This document shows, in pieces, positions 30,195-39,989 of a DNA stretch of 64,000 nt. The stretch spans positions 82,610 to 146,609 of IMG/VR virus record IMGVR_UViG_3300020420_000008. One strand, written 5' to 3'. Positions within the stretch are counted from its first letter, which is position 1; each line of letters opens with the position of its first letter. The notes under the pieces are model-generated. The model was not told the origin of the DNA. It did not search any database and saw nothing but the letters and a program-made list of their open reading frames with translations. A program made the position numbers and the translations under genes. The stretch comes from a virus.

Positions 30195-31727
30195 ATGGCA
30201 GAAGAAAGAAAAGGTTTTCTGCGAGAAGCAGTAGAACTATTCGGATTTCGTATAGGGCGTCCCGAAAGAGAACAACCACTTCCCTCATTTGTACCACCTT
30301 CTCAAGATGATGGCGCTATCGCTATCAATGAGGGTGGTGCTTTCGGCACAACAGTTGATTTAGATAATAGAATCAAAAGTGAAACTCAATTAATCACAAA
30401 ATATAGAGAGATGGCTCTGCAACCAGAGGCAGAGAAAGCTATTGATGATATTGTTAATGAAGCAATTATCATTGACGATAACAAAATGCCTGTTGAGATG
30501 GACTTAGATGAAATTGAAGAACTCTCTGACGATATTAAAGATATAATGAGAGAAGAGTTTACACATTGCTTGAAGCTTTTAAAAATGAACACAAAAGGTT
30601 ATGATGTGTTTCGTAACTGGTATGTTGATGGTAAACTATTTTATCATATTGTAATTGATTTAAAAAGTCCTAGATTAGGTATTAAAGAACTACGATATAT
30701 TGATCCTAGAAAGATTAAGAAAGTTAAGAAACCTGTAAGAAACAGAAAAACAATAGAACAAACTGCAAGCACATTAGGTAAAGAAGTACTATCAAAAAAG
30801 TTCGAAGAATTTTATCTATTTCAAAGCAAAGGTACAAATGACTCAGGTTCAGGCATCAAAATAGCACCTGATGCTATAGCATATTGTCACAGCGGTGTTA
30901 TGGATACACGAAACTATAATGTATTAGGACACATGCATAAAGCAATAAAACCTCTCAATCAGTTGAGAATGCTAGAAGATGCTACAGTTATCTATAGACT
31001 TGCAAGGGCACCTGAAAGAAGAATATTCTACATTGATGTTGGTAACTTACCAAAACAAAAAGCTGAACAATATCTACGAGATATGATGGTGAAGCATAAG
31101 AATAAATTAGTATATGACGCAAACACTGGTGAAGTAAGAGATGATAGAAAGTTTCTTACAATGCTTGAAGACTACTGGTTACCAAGACGAGAAGGTGGTA
31201 GAGGTACAGAGATAACAACATTACCTGGAGGGCAAAATTTAGGTGAACTAGAAGATGTACAATATTTTAGACGTAAGCTGTATGAGTCTTTGAACGTACC
31301 TGTATCAAGATTAGAGCAAGAAACGCAGTTCAATGTTGGTAGAGCGTCAGAGATAACAAGAGATGAAATTAAATTCTCAAAGTTTATTACAAGACTACGT
31401 TCTAAGTTTTCTGAATTGTTTATGATATTACTTGAAAAGCAGTTATTACTTAAAGGTGTCATGACATTTGGTGAATGGAATGAAATCAAAGATTTGATTA
31501 AGTTTGACTATCAAGAAGATAACCATTTCTCAGAACTTAGAGATGCAGAAGTATTACGAGAAAGATTAACATTATTACAAGAAATTGATCAATATACTGG
31601 TAAATATTTCTCTACAGATTGGATTAGAACTAATGTTTTAAAACAAACTGACGAAGAGAAAGAAGATATAGACAAACAAATAGAAGCCGAAGCAGAAACA
31701 GAAGAACCTGCTGATGAAGAAGAATAA
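30195..31727 (+). CDS. gp20: portal protein gp20
   Basis: WYVDG, EDATVIYRLARAPERRIFYIDVGNLP, EDYWLPRREGGRGTEI; CATAAATA at 30160. Confidence 0.97.
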   Translation: MAEERKGFLREAVELFGFRIGRPEREQPLPSFVPPSQDDGAIAINEGGAFGTTVDLDNRIKSETQLITKYREMALQPEAEKAIDDIVNEAIIIDDNKMPVEMDLDEIEELSDDIKDIMREEFTHCLKLLKMNTKGYDVFRNWYVDGKLFYHIVIDLKSPRLGIKELRYIDPRKIKKVKKPVRNRKTIEQTASTLGKEVLSKKFEEFYLFQSKGTNDSGSGIKIAPDAIAYCHSGVMDTRNYNVLGHMHKAIKPLNQLRMLEDATVIYRLARAPERRIFYIDVGNLPKQKAEQYLRDMMVKHKNKLVYDANTGEVRDDRKFLTMLEDYWLPRREGGRGTEITTLPGGQNLGELEDVQYFRRKLYESLNVPVSRLEQETQFNVGRASEITRDEIKFSKFITRLRSKFSELFMILLEKQLLLKGVMTFGEWNEIKDLIKFDYQEDNHFSELRDAEVLRERLTLLQEIDQYTGKYFSTDWIRTNVLKQTDEEKEDIDKQIEAEAETEEPADEEE

Positions 31728-31729
31728 AT

Positions 31730-31737
31730 TATAAATA
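31730..31737 (+). promoter_or_regulatory. late promoter TATAAATA
   Basis: Exact consensus. Confidence 0.8.
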
Positions 31738-31754
31738 AGTGAAAGGAAATAATT

Positions 31755-31985
31755 ATGGCTGACTATAGTACAAAAGACGCAATAGATTTTGCAGTAGATG
31801 GTAAATCTCAAGATTTTAAAAATGCTATACATGATATATTAGCAGATAGAGTTCAATCTGCTATTGAAATAAAAAAATTAGATGTTACTAGTACTTTTAT
31901 GCAAGCTGATGATGTAGATACGCTACCTTCAGAAGTTGAGCCAGAAGAAACAGAGGATAAATCCGATGAAACTACAGAGGTTTAA
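31755..31985 (+). CDS. small acidic prohead core protein (gp67-like position)
   Basis: Position after portal, acidic tail, AAGG RBS. Confidence 0.6.
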   Translation: MADYSTKDAIDFAVDGKSQDFKNAIHDILADRVQSAIEIKKLDVTSTFMQADDVDTLPSEVEPEETEDKSDETTEV

Positions 31986-32178
31986 ACAGTTTGACGAAAA
32001 TATCGCCGCCGATTTTGCGAATATGGATAAGCAAGATGATGATCAAGAAGCCAAAGAACTGAAGCCACGTTCTAAAGGTGAAGAGAATTTTGTAAAAATG
32101 CATACATATTCAAAGTCTGATGCTGAGCCAGCAGGACAGGATCATATATTTAATGGTGATATAAAAAATGTTAAGTGA
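31966..32178 (+). CDS. small hypothetical head-region protein
   Basis: GAGG RBS before ATG 31966 (MKLQRFKQF...). Confidence 0.55.
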   Translation: MKLQRFKQFDENIAADFANMDKQDDDQEAKELKPRSKGEENFVKMHTYSKSDAEPAGQDHIFNGDIKNVK

Positions 32179-32404
32179 GAGCGTATTAGATACACTGCGT
32201 AAAATTGTAAAAGATAAGCAGGCATCAAAAGTAAAATTTAAAAATGGTAAAATGATGAATATTGATATGACAACTGCAAATATGATAGTGCAGTCATATG
32301 ATAAAAGAATTACAAAGCCTGAATTAAAGAAGAAAGTTGAGAAGATGATTGATGGAAGTCCTGAAGGACTTATGAAAGTATTAGATATTATGTATAAGAA
32401 ATAG
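32168..32404 (+). CDS. hypothetical head-region protein
   Basis: Contiguous ORF in the gp20-gp21 interval. Confidence 0.6.
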   Translation: MLSESVLDTLRKIVKDKQASKVKFKNGKMMNIDMTTANMIVQSYDKRITKPELKKKVEKMIDGSPEGLMKVLDIMYKK

Positions 32405-32413
32405 GGTAAAGAA

Positions 32414-32668
32414 ATGGCAATATCAATAAAGGGAACAGCAACAGCACTTGCTACAGGCACTACAAAGTTTAAAACTGCAACGGCTGTTTATCTTTGCGGA
32501 CATACCTCTGCAACTGAAGTCACATTAAGAAATGAAGATGATGACGCAGATTTAGGTACCATTAAGATACCAGCTAACGGAACTGTCGTAGTTAATCTAG
32601 TAATAGGACAAGGACTCAGAGGTCCAACTACAGTGTTAGGCACACATGTTGCCTCTGGTGGGAGTTAA
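32414..32668 (+). CDS. hypothetical small virion protein
   Basis: Contiguous ORF before gp21. Confidence 0.6.
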   Translation: MAISIKGTATALATGTTKFKTATAVYLCGHTSATEVTLRNEDDDADLGTIKIPANGTVVVNLVIGQGLRGPTTVLGTHVASGGS

Positions 32669-32670
32669 AG

Positions 32671-33324
32671 ATGGCACTGAAACTCATAACTGAAACTACA
32701 GAAGAAGTAAAATATCTTACTGAAGAAAAAAATGGTAAGAAAGCATTGCATATTGAAGGTATCTTCATGCAAGGTGATATTAAGAATAAGAATGGTAGAA
32801 TGTATCCTAAAGATATACTACTAAAAGAAGTAAATAGATATAACAAAGAATATATTGCTAAGAATAGAGCATATGGAGAATTAGGACATCCACAAGGTCC
32901 AACTATCAATCTAGAAAGAGTATCGCATATGATAACACAACTAGAACCGGATGGTTCAAACTTTATGGGTAAAGCTAAGATTATGACAGATACACCATAT
33001 GGTAAAATAGTTGAGTCACTTATAAATGAAGGCGCTCAATTAGGAGTATCAAGTCGTGGTATGGGTAGTCTAAAACAAGTAAATGGTACTAACGAGGTGC
33101 AGAAAGATTTTTATCTAGCAACTGCCGCCGACATTGTGGCAGATCCGTCAGCACCAAATGCGTTTGTAAATGGCATCATGGAAAGTAAAGAATGGGTATG
33201 GGATAACGGAATCATTAGAGAAGCCGATATCGCTAGTATGCATAAAGAGGTTAAGACAGCCTCAAAAAGTGAATTAGAGAATGTTAAACTAAAAGTTTTT
33301 GAAAATTTTCTTTCAAAATTATGA
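32671..33324 (+). CDS. gp21: prohead protease gp21
   Basis: IEGIFMQ...NKNGRMYP...GELGHP...GVSSRGMGSL...DIVADPSAPNAF. Confidence 0.96.
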   Translation: MALKLITETTEEVKYLTEEKNGKKALHIEGIFMQGDIKNKNGRMYPKDILLKEVNRYNKEYIAKNRAYGELGHPQGPTINLERVSHMITQLEPDGSNFMGKAKIMTDTPYGKIVESLINEGAQLGVSSRGMGSLKQVNGTNEVQKDFYLATAADIVADPSAPNAFVNGIMESKEWVWDNGIIREADIASMHKEVKTASKSELENVKLKVFENFLSKL

Positions 33325-33327
33325 TTT

Positions 33328-33335
33328 TATAAATA
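33328..33335 (+). promoter_or_regulatory. late promoter TATAAATA
   Basis: Exact consensus. Confidence 0.8.
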
Positions 33336-33375
33336 GATTGTAAATAACTTAAAATCGATCAAAAGGAGCAAGTAC

Positions 33376-34512
33376 ATGTCCGATCAAGTTCAAGAAACAA
33401 ATCTAGAGGAAGATGAAATCCTCGATGATGTAGTTGCTGATCAGGAAGTTGAAGTTGACTTAGATGATAGCATTGATGAGGCGAAAAAAGCATCAATGGG
33501 CGATCCTTCAGAAATTCCAGATCCAGAAGCTAAAACAAATTCAGGTAAAGAAGCACCAAAAGGTGGAGAACCTATGGTGAAATTACCAAACACAAAAGTT
33601 GGTATGATTCAGGCGGCTATGAATCACCTAAAGTCTATGAAAAAAGTTCAGGTTCAAGATATGGTTAATGCTATGATGAAGCCAGAAGGTTATGGAAGCA
33701 TCACAAGCAAAAAGCATAAGTACGGTGAAGAAGTTGAAAATGATTCACCAACATTATCTGAGGTAATAAAAGTATCTAAAGAAGATATTGATGTATCTGA
33801 AGATATGAAAGCTATGTTTGGTTCTGAAGATTTATCAGAAGACTTCAGAGATAAAGCAACAACTATCTTTGAATCTGCTGTTCTTTCAAAAGTAAATGAA
33901 GTATTAGAGTCTGCTACAATAGACATGAATGCTGAAATTGAAGCTGAAAGAGCAACCGCAAGAGCAGACATGGAAAGTAAGCTTGATGATTATCTAGACT
34001 ACGTTGTAAACGAGTGGGTAAAAGAAAATGAACTAGCTATTGAAAAAGGCATACGTTCAGAAATCGTAGAGAATTTCATGGTAGGACTTAGAAATCTTTT
34101 CACAGAAAACTATATCGACATTCCTGAAGATAAAGTAGATATTGTTGATGAGATGGCAGCCAAAGTCGAAGAGCAAGAACAAGCTGTTAACGAAGAAATA
34201 GAGAAGAACATTGAACTTAAAAAAGAGTTGAATGCTCTAAAAATGGACAAAGCCTTAGACGAAGTAAGTGAAGGACTCACTGAAACACAAAAGGAAAAGT
34301 TTATATCTTTAGCTGAAGGCGTTGATTATGAAGGTGATGACTACAGCGATAAGTTAAAGACTATAAAAGAGAACTACTTCCCACAAGAAGAAGTTGTTGA
34401 AAATAAAGATGTGTCTGATGAGGAACCTCTAGAAAATTTAGAGGAAGAAACAAAAGTGAACGGCTCTATGGCAAATTATATGAATGCCATATCTCGAAGC
34501 ATCAAAAAGTAG
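33376..34512 (+). CDS. gp22: prohead scaffold protein gp22
   Basis: LSEDFRDKATTIFESAV...YLDYVVNEWVKENELAI; acidic coiled coil. Confidence 0.93.
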   Translation: MSDQVQETNLEEDEILDDVVADQEVEVDLDDSIDEAKKASMGDPSEIPDPEAKTNSGKEAPKGGEPMVKLPNTKVGMIQAAMNHLKSMKKVQVQDMVNAMMKPEGYGSITSKKHKYGEEVENDSPTLSEVIKVSKEDIDVSEDMKAMFGSEDLSEDFRDKATTIFESAVLSKVNEVLESATIDMNAEIEAERATARADMESKLDDYLDYVVNEWVKENELAIEKGIRSEIVENFMVGLRNLFTENYIDIPEDKVDIVDEMAAKVEEQEQAVNEEIEKNIELKKELNALKMDKALDEVSEGLTETQKEKFISLAEGVDYEGDDYSDKLKTIKENYFPQEEVVENKDVSDEEPLENLEEETKVNGSMANYMNAISRSIKK

Positions 34513-34517
34513 TAAAT

Positions 34518-34525
34518 TATAAATA
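34518..34525 (+). promoter_or_regulatory. late promoter TATAAATA
   Basis: Exact consensus upstream of gp23. Confidence 0.85.
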
Positions 34526-34564
34526 TTGATTAATAGGCTGAAATTAGTTTAAAAGGAGACTAAA

Positions 34565-35953
34565 ATGTATCAATCTGATGAACTTCAAAAGAAGTGGCAG
34601 CCAGTTCTTGAGCATCCTGATTTAGCAGAGATTAAAGATGCACATAAAAGAGCCGTAACTGCAACTCTTCTTGAAAACCAAGAAAGATCCGCCAGAGAGG
34701 AATCTCATGGTACTGGTGGATATCAAGCTCCTTCGCTCTTAGGCGAGGCGGCGCCAACTAACGCAATGGGTGCGTCATCATCAACTGCTAGTGATGGCTC
34801 AATTGACACTTTCGATCCAGTGTTAATCTCGCTCGTAAGACGTTCTATGCCAAATCTAATTGCATATGACATCTGTGGTGTACAACCAATGAGCGGTCCA
34901 ACAGGACTTATCTTTGCGATGAGATCCCGACTATCAACACAAGGTGGAACTGAAGCACTGTTCAACGAAACAAACACAGTGTTCTCTGGTTCGGCGGCAG
35001 GAAATAACGCATCACAAGATGTTATAGATGGTGGTTCAACACCTCTACAACAAGCCGGTGCAGATCCAACCGCAAGAGCATCAGGTTCAGGATACACCGT
35101 TGGTACTGGTATGACAACTGCACAGGCTGAAGCACTAGGTGATGGTGCGTCAAATGCTTTCCAAGAAATGGCTTTCTCAATTGAGAAAATCTCAGTGACT
35201 GCTGTTTCAAGAGCATTAAAAGCTGAGTACACAATGGAATTAGCACAAGACTTGAAAGCAATTCATGGACTTGATGCTGAAACCGAATTGTCAAACATAC
35301 TATCTGCTGAAATCTTAGCTGAAATCAACAGAGAAGTTGTGAGAACAATTAACTACACAGCTACAGCTGGTTCACAAAATAACGTGACAACCGCAGGTAC
35401 TTTTGACTTAGACACAGACTCAAACGGACGTTGGAGTGTAGAAAAGTTCAAAGGTTTAATGTTTAACATCGAAAGAGATGCTAACGAAATCGCAAAAGCT
35501 ACCAGACGAGGGAAAGGTAACATGATGATCTGCTCATCAGATGTTGCTTCTGCTCTTCAAATGGCTGGTGTTCTCGACTATACACCTGCTCTTAACAACA
35601 ATCTACAAGTAGATGACACAGGTAACACCTTTGCTGGTGTTCTTAATGGAAGAATTAAGGTGTATATCGATCCTTATTTCTCACCTGCAAACTCCGGTGC
35701 ATCTGCTGAGAACTACTACACATTAGGCTATAAAGGTTCAAGTGCATTTGATGCTGGACTTTTCTACTGCCCATATGTACCTCTACAGATGGTAAGAGCA
35801 ATTGGAGAGAATACTTTCCAACCAAAAATCGGCTTCAAAACTAGATATGGAATGGTAGCAAACCCATTCGCAACATCTAATGCCGATGGTGCAATAGCTT
35901 TTGCTAAGAAGAACATCTACTACAGATTGTCTAAAGTAGCAAACTTAATGTAA
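34565..35953 (+). CDS. gp23: major capsid protein gp23
   Basis: LVRRSMPNLIAYDICGVQPMSGPTG...ELAQDLKAIHGLDAE...FQPKIGFKTRYG. Confidence 0.98.
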   Translation: MYQSDELQKKWQPVLEHPDLAEIKDAHKRAVTATLLENQERSAREESHGTGGYQAPSLLGEAAPTNAMGASSSTASDGSIDTFDPVLISLVRRSMPNLIAYDICGVQPMSGPTGLIFAMRSRLSTQGGTEALFNETNTVFSGSAAGNNASQDVIDGGSTPLQQAGADPTARASGSGYTVGTGMTTAQAEALGDGASNAFQEMAFSIEKISVTAVSRALKAEYTMELAQDLKAIHGLDAETELSNILSAEILAEINREVVRTINYTATAGSQNNVTTAGTFDLDTDSNGRWSVEKFKGLMFNIERDANEIAKATRRGKGNMMICSSDVASALQMAGVLDYTPALNNNLQVDDTGNTFAGVLNGRIKVYIDPYFSPANSGASAENYYTLGYKGSSAFDAGLFYCPYVPLQMVRAIGENTFQPKIGFKTRYGMVANPFATSNADGAIAFAKKNIYYRLSKVANLM

Positions 35954-35977
35954 TTAGTTTACAAGTTTACGTAAAAC

Positions 35978-36004
35978 AAAAAGGGCGTTTCGGCGCCCTT
36001 TTTT
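35978..36004 (+). terminator. rho-independent terminator with UUCG loop
   Basis: AAAAAGGGCGT-TTCG-GCGCCCTTTTTT. Confidence 0.9.
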
Positions 36005-36012
36005 ATTGTTCT

Positions 36013-36020
36013 TATAAATA
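36013..36020 (+). promoter_or_regulatory. late promoter TATAAATA
   Basis: Exact consensus just after the terminator. Confidence 0.85.
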
Positions 36021-36040
36021 GTGGATAAGGAGTATTAGAT

Positions 36041-36577
36041 ATGAGTTCACTACAAAGAACAATGCCTGAGAATTTAAGTTTTCTCTCACCTACAGGTTTT
36101 AAATTTGCAATACAGAAGTTACCTCATGTAAACTATTTCTGCACTAGTGCAGATATTCCTGATATAACTTTAGGACAAGTTGATCAAGAAAACTTATTCA
36201 TAAGAATACCTGTACCAGGAGATAAACTAGCATTCTCACCTTTAAACTTATCGTTTGCTATAGATGAAGATATGAAGAACTTCAAAGAGATATACGATTG
36301 GTTAATAGGTTTAGGTTATCCAGATAACTTTGAACAAAGAGCAAATCTACAAAGTGCCTTACAACAAAGAAACGAAAGATCAGGTTTAGTATATTCTGAT
36401 GGTAGTTTAATTATTACAACTGCACAATATCAACCAAATATATTAATAAACTTCATAGACTTATATCCCATAAGTATAGGTGGTTTAGAATTTAGTACTC
36501 AAAGTACCGATATCGAATATTTGCAAGGCTCCGTTTCATTCAATTATAGAAAGTATACGATTGACTTTATAAAATAA
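36041..36577 (+). CDS. gp3: tail completion/tube terminator gp3
   Basis: FLSPTGFKF...PGDKL.F..L...F.IDEDMKNFKEIYDWL; synteny after gp23. Confidence 0.88.
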   Translation: MSSLQRTMPENLSFLSPTGFKFAIQKLPHVNYFCTSADIPDITLGQVDQENLFIRIPVPGDKLAFSPLNLSFAIDEDMKNFKEIYDWLIGLGYPDNFEQRANLQSALQQRNERSGLVYSDGSLIITTAQYQPNILINFIDLYPISIGGLEFSTQSTDIEYLQGSVSFNYRKYTIDFIK

Positions 36578-36589
36578 ATATGTTATAGT
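36561..36589 (+). promoter_or_regulatory. sigma70-type promoter TTGACT-N17-TATAGT (extended -10)
   Basis: -35 at 36561-36566, -10 at 36584-36589 preceded by TG. Confidence 0.7.
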
Positions 36590-36595
36590 GATAGT

Positions 36596-36829
36596 ATGAT
36601 TGTAAAAAATGATAAGTATATACTTGATCTACAAGGCTCTTTAGGCACTGTCTATGGAGAAGGTAAGTTATTGTTCAAAGGTTTCAGTGGTACTGCAATC
36701 AAAGAATATATAAGATACGTCCCCGAACATCGACATAAATTTAGAGGTGTCAAAGAGCATCAACGTAAATTGGAGCTTGCTAAAGACTATGAGCAAGCTA
36801 AACTTAAAGCAAGGGAAAATAATAAATGA
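36596..36829 (+). CDS. hypothetical protein (possibly leaderless)
   Basis: ATG 7 nt after the -10, no SD. Confidence 0.6.
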   Translation: MIVKNDKYILDLQGSLGTVYGEGKLLFKGFSGTAIKEYIRYVPEHRHKFRGVKEHQRKLELAKDYEQAKLKARENNK

Positions 36830-37080
36830 ATTGGTTAGTAGTAGTGATATTCTCAGGCGTTGTCGGAGGATATCAAGATTTATATATTTTACAGAAACCT
36901 TCTTTCGTTTCAAGAGAAGAATGTAGAACAAAATTAAGCACAGAAGAACTCAAAGTTGCACTCACAAAGCAACTAACAAAAGAGTATCCAGCTTATAAGC
37001 CTATCGAAAGAATAGTTTGTGCAACAGAGAAACAAATACAACAAGTATTAAATGATAGTTATGGTAAAAGAGATACATGA
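36826..37080 (+). CDS. hypothetical protein with hydrophobic N-terminus and two Cys
   Basis: ATGA overlaps on both sides. Confidence 0.65.
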   Translation: MNWLVVVIFSGVVGGYQDLYILQKPSFVSREECRTKLSTEELKVALTKQLTKEYPAYKPIERIVCATEKQIQQVLNDSYGKRDT

Positions 37081-37508
37081 AAATAGAAGATATTATGGAG
37101 ATGTGGACTAAAGATAGTTCCATCGATGAAACCGAATTAGCTACTGAAAGTTCTAACATACCTGTACTTCACAACAAATATCTAAAAATATTCATGGCAG
37201 AGCGTATAAAACTATTTTCTGCGAAAGCTGAACTTAAAAAGAAACGTAGAGTTTTACTTGAATATTATCTTGGTGAACTTGATCAAGAAGAACTTAAAGA
37301 ACTTGGTAGAGAACCTTTCTATAAGAAACTATTAAAGAACGAAGTTGATTTATATATCGATAGTGATAACTCATTGACAGAGCAAAGTTTGCGAGTGTCG
37401 GTACAAGAAGAAAAGGTGAACTATTTAGAAGCTGTTTTACGACAAATAAATAACAGAGGATTTCAAATAAAAAATGCAATCGACTGGAACAGATTCATTA
37501 CAGGATAG
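37077..37508 (+). CDS. uvsY: recombination mediator UvsY
   Basis: W.KDS.ID...IP.LH.KYL...INNRGFQIKNAIDW. Confidence 0.92.
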   Translation: MKIEDIMEMWTKDSSIDETELATESSNIPVLHNKYLKIFMAERIKLFSAKAELKKKRRVLLEYYLGELDQEELKELGREPFYKKLLKNEVDLYIDSDNSLTEQSLRVSVQEEKVNYLEAVLRQINNRGFQIKNAIDWNRFITG

Positions 37509-37571
37509 AGAAGAAGTAGTAACTAAACTGAAATTGAGAATAGCTAAATTTAAAAAAGATCATGCTGAAAT

Positions 37572-39122
37572 ATGGAACAAGAAGTACGACTATCCAGAAG
37601 TGAGAGTAGTAGAAGAGACTCAATCAGAGTCAGAAAATACAACTCCGTCTATATACAAGTTGATGCTGAAAAATCAACTTGCAGAGAAATAAGTGAGTAC
37701 TTTACATTTGATGTTCCTGGTGCATCATTTATGCCAGCATATCGCAATCGCTATTGGGACGGTAAAATTAGATTATTCAATCTTAATACAAAGCTTATCT
37801 ATAGCGGACTTATATATCACATAAAACTATTTGCAGAACAGCGTGACTATGATTTATTTTTAGAAGATAATCTAGATTCTGTTCATGATATATCTATACC
37901 TCAATTGAAATCCTTTACTAAAGATTATAAAATAAAACCTTACGACTATCAGCTTGGCGCTTTCGCTCATGCTTTAAGAACAGAAAGAGCGTTAATACTT
38001 TCACCAACTGCAAGTGGTAAATCATTAATTATATTCATGTTATGTGATTATCTGAAAGGTAGAAAGCTTATCATCGTTCCTACCACTTCATTAGTATTTC
38101 AGTTAGATAAAGATTTCGAATCATATTATACTAACAGGATTTATTCTACACACTTAATCATGTCCGGACAAGACAAAAATGCAGATGCAGACATTTTTAT
38201 TTCTACATGGCAATCTATTTACAAACAACCAAAGAAATGGTTCGATCAGTTCGATGTTGTGATAGGTGATGAAGCACATCTATTCAAAGCTAATTCTCTT
38301 ACGAAGATAATGACTAAATTAGAAAACTGTAATTATAGATATGGTTTTACAGGTACACTAGATGATACACAAACTCATAGATTGGTTTTAGAAGGTTTAT
38401 TTGGTTCTGTTATGAAAGCTATTTCTACGAAAGAACTTATAGATACTGATAGAATAGCTGATTTGAGAATAAAAGCATTAGTTCTAAAATATCCTGAAAA
38501 TGTTCGTAAGATGATGGCTAAACAAAAATATGATGTAGAGATGAAATTTATTGCTAGTTGGGAACCTAGAAATAATTTCATAAAGAACTTAGCAATAAGT
38601 AGAAAAGGTAATACACTATTGCTATTTCAATATGTAGAAAAGCATGGAAAGGTGTTGTATAATCTCATAAATAGTGCAGTATCAGACAGAAAAGTATTTT
38701 TTATTCATGGAGGTGTTGATGCTGAGGAAAGAGAAGAAGCAAGAGAGATTACAGAAAAAGAGAGTGATGCCATTATCATTGCTAGTTATGGAACTTTCTC
38801 AACTGGTATCAACATACGAAACTTACATAATATTATTTTTGCTTCTCCTAGTAAGTCCCGTATAAGAAACTTACAATCTATAGGAAGAGGTTTACGTAAA
38901 GGCGACAAAAAGAGTGTAGCCACTCTTTATGATATATCTGATGATTTGACTTACAAATCTTGGAATAATTTTACACTTAAACACTTTGCTGTAAGAGTAA
39001 AGATTTATAATGAAGAAGAGTTTGATTATAAGATATACAATATAAGGTTAAAAGATGATAGTAATAATAAAACTAACGAGCGGAGAAACAATATTAGCGA
39101 GGCAGTTCTACCGATCCAATGA
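37572..39122 (+). CDS. uvsW: DNA helicase UvsW
   Basis: WDGKIRLF, SPTASGKS, GDEAHLF, GFTGTL, LQSIGRGLR. Confidence 0.95.
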   Translation: MEQEVRLSRSESSRRDSIRVRKYNSVYIQVDAEKSTCREISEYFTFDVPGASFMPAYRNRYWDGKIRLFNLNTKLIYSGLIYHIKLFAEQRDYDLFLEDNLDSVHDISIPQLKSFTKDYKIKPYDYQLGAFAHALRTERALILSPTASGKSLIIFMLCDYLKGRKLIIVPTTSLVFQLDKDFESYYTNRIYSTHLIMSGQDKNADADIFISTWQSIYKQPKKWFDQFDVVIGDEAHLFKANSLTKIMTKLENCNYRYGFTGTLDDTQTHRLVLEGLFGSVMKAISTKELIDTDRIADLRIKALVLKYPENVRKMMAKQKYDVEMKFIASWEPRNNFIKNLAISRKGNTLLLFQYVEKHGKVLYNLINSAVSDRKVFFIHGGVDAEEREEAREITEKESDAIIIASYGTFSTGINIRNLHNIIFASPSKSRIRNLQSIGRGLRKGDKKSVATLYDISDDLTYKSWNNFTLKHFAVRVKIYNEEEFDYKIYNIRLKDDSNNKTNERRNNISEAVLPIQ

Positions 39123-39426
39123 CAAAATAACTGTTATTGATCCTTTGAAGATGGAGTTTGTTACTGATATGGGTATGCCTGCTATGCATTCAACTTTTTG
39201 GATACCTTTGTCGAAAGAAGAAATTAGCATTGACATAGACATGTCACATGTGATAATATGTACGGAAGCACCTACAGATTTATCGCAGTTTTATACTAAC
39301 TCTATGATTAAAATAAAACAAGGCGATACTGAAGAAAGTAAAAAACTTATTGAGGAGAAAGTTAAGAATGCTATTAAACAATTCACAAAGCATACATCTA
39401 ATACAAGTAGTTGGACAATGCACTGA
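39055..39426 (+). CDS. conserved hypothetical protein between uvsW and gp55 (Sm-like)
   Basis: IKLTSGETILA N-terminus; conserved position in marine T4-likes. Confidence 0.7.
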   Translation: MIVIIKLTSGETILARQFYRSNDKITVIDPLKMEFVTDMGMPAMHSTFWIPLSKEEISIDIDMSHVIICTEAPTDLSQFYTNSMIKIKQGDTEESKKLIEEKVKNAIKQFTKHTSNTSSWTMH

Positions 39427-39989
39427 TGGTTAAAGCTAAAAGACAAAAACATAATTATGTTGACAATAAAAAATTTTTAGCTGAGATGATAACATATAGA
39501 AGATCAGTTACACAAGCAACTGACTTTGGTGTAGAACGTCCTAGAGTACCTTTTTATATTGGTGATTGTATCATGAAAATTGCTACACACTTATCATACA
39601 AACCTAATTTTATAAACTACACATTTAGAGAAGAGATGATATCAGATGGCGTAGAAAATTGCTTACAGTATATTGATAACTTTGATCCTGAAAAGTCTAA
39701 GAATCCTTTCGCATATTTTACACAGATTATATATTTTGCATTTCTAAGACGAATACAGAAAGAAAAGAAATATCTATATACAAAATATAAAGCATCAGAA
39801 AACACAAATTTGTTTGGAGAAACTTCAGAAAACTCTGGAGAGAACGGCAGAAATTATAATGATAAAATTAAATATAATGAGTGGAGTGAAGAATATATGA
39901 ATGATTTTATAGAAAACTTTGAGGAAAATAAAAGAAAGAAAAAGAGAAAAATTATCGCACCTTTAGATAAGTTTATGGCTGAGCAATGA
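39426..39989 (+). CDS. gp55: late-transcription sigma factor gp55
   Basis: YVDNKKFL...IATHLSYKPNFINY...EMISDGVENC...NPFAYFTQIIYFAFLRRI. Confidence 0.95.
   Translation: MVKAKRQKHNYVDNKKFLAEMITYRRSVTQATDFGVERPRVPFYIGDCIMKIATHLSYKPNFINYTFREEMISDGVENCLQYIDNFDPEKSKNPFAYFTQIIYFAFLRRIQKEKKYLYTKYKASENTNLFGETSENSGENGRNYNDKIKYNEWSEEYMNDFIENFEENKRKKKRKIIAPLDKFMAEQ

Noticed and set aside
37506-37572. Stop-codon read-through fusing uvsY to in-frame uvsW
   Set aside because: A second in-frame stop (TAA) follows six codons later.
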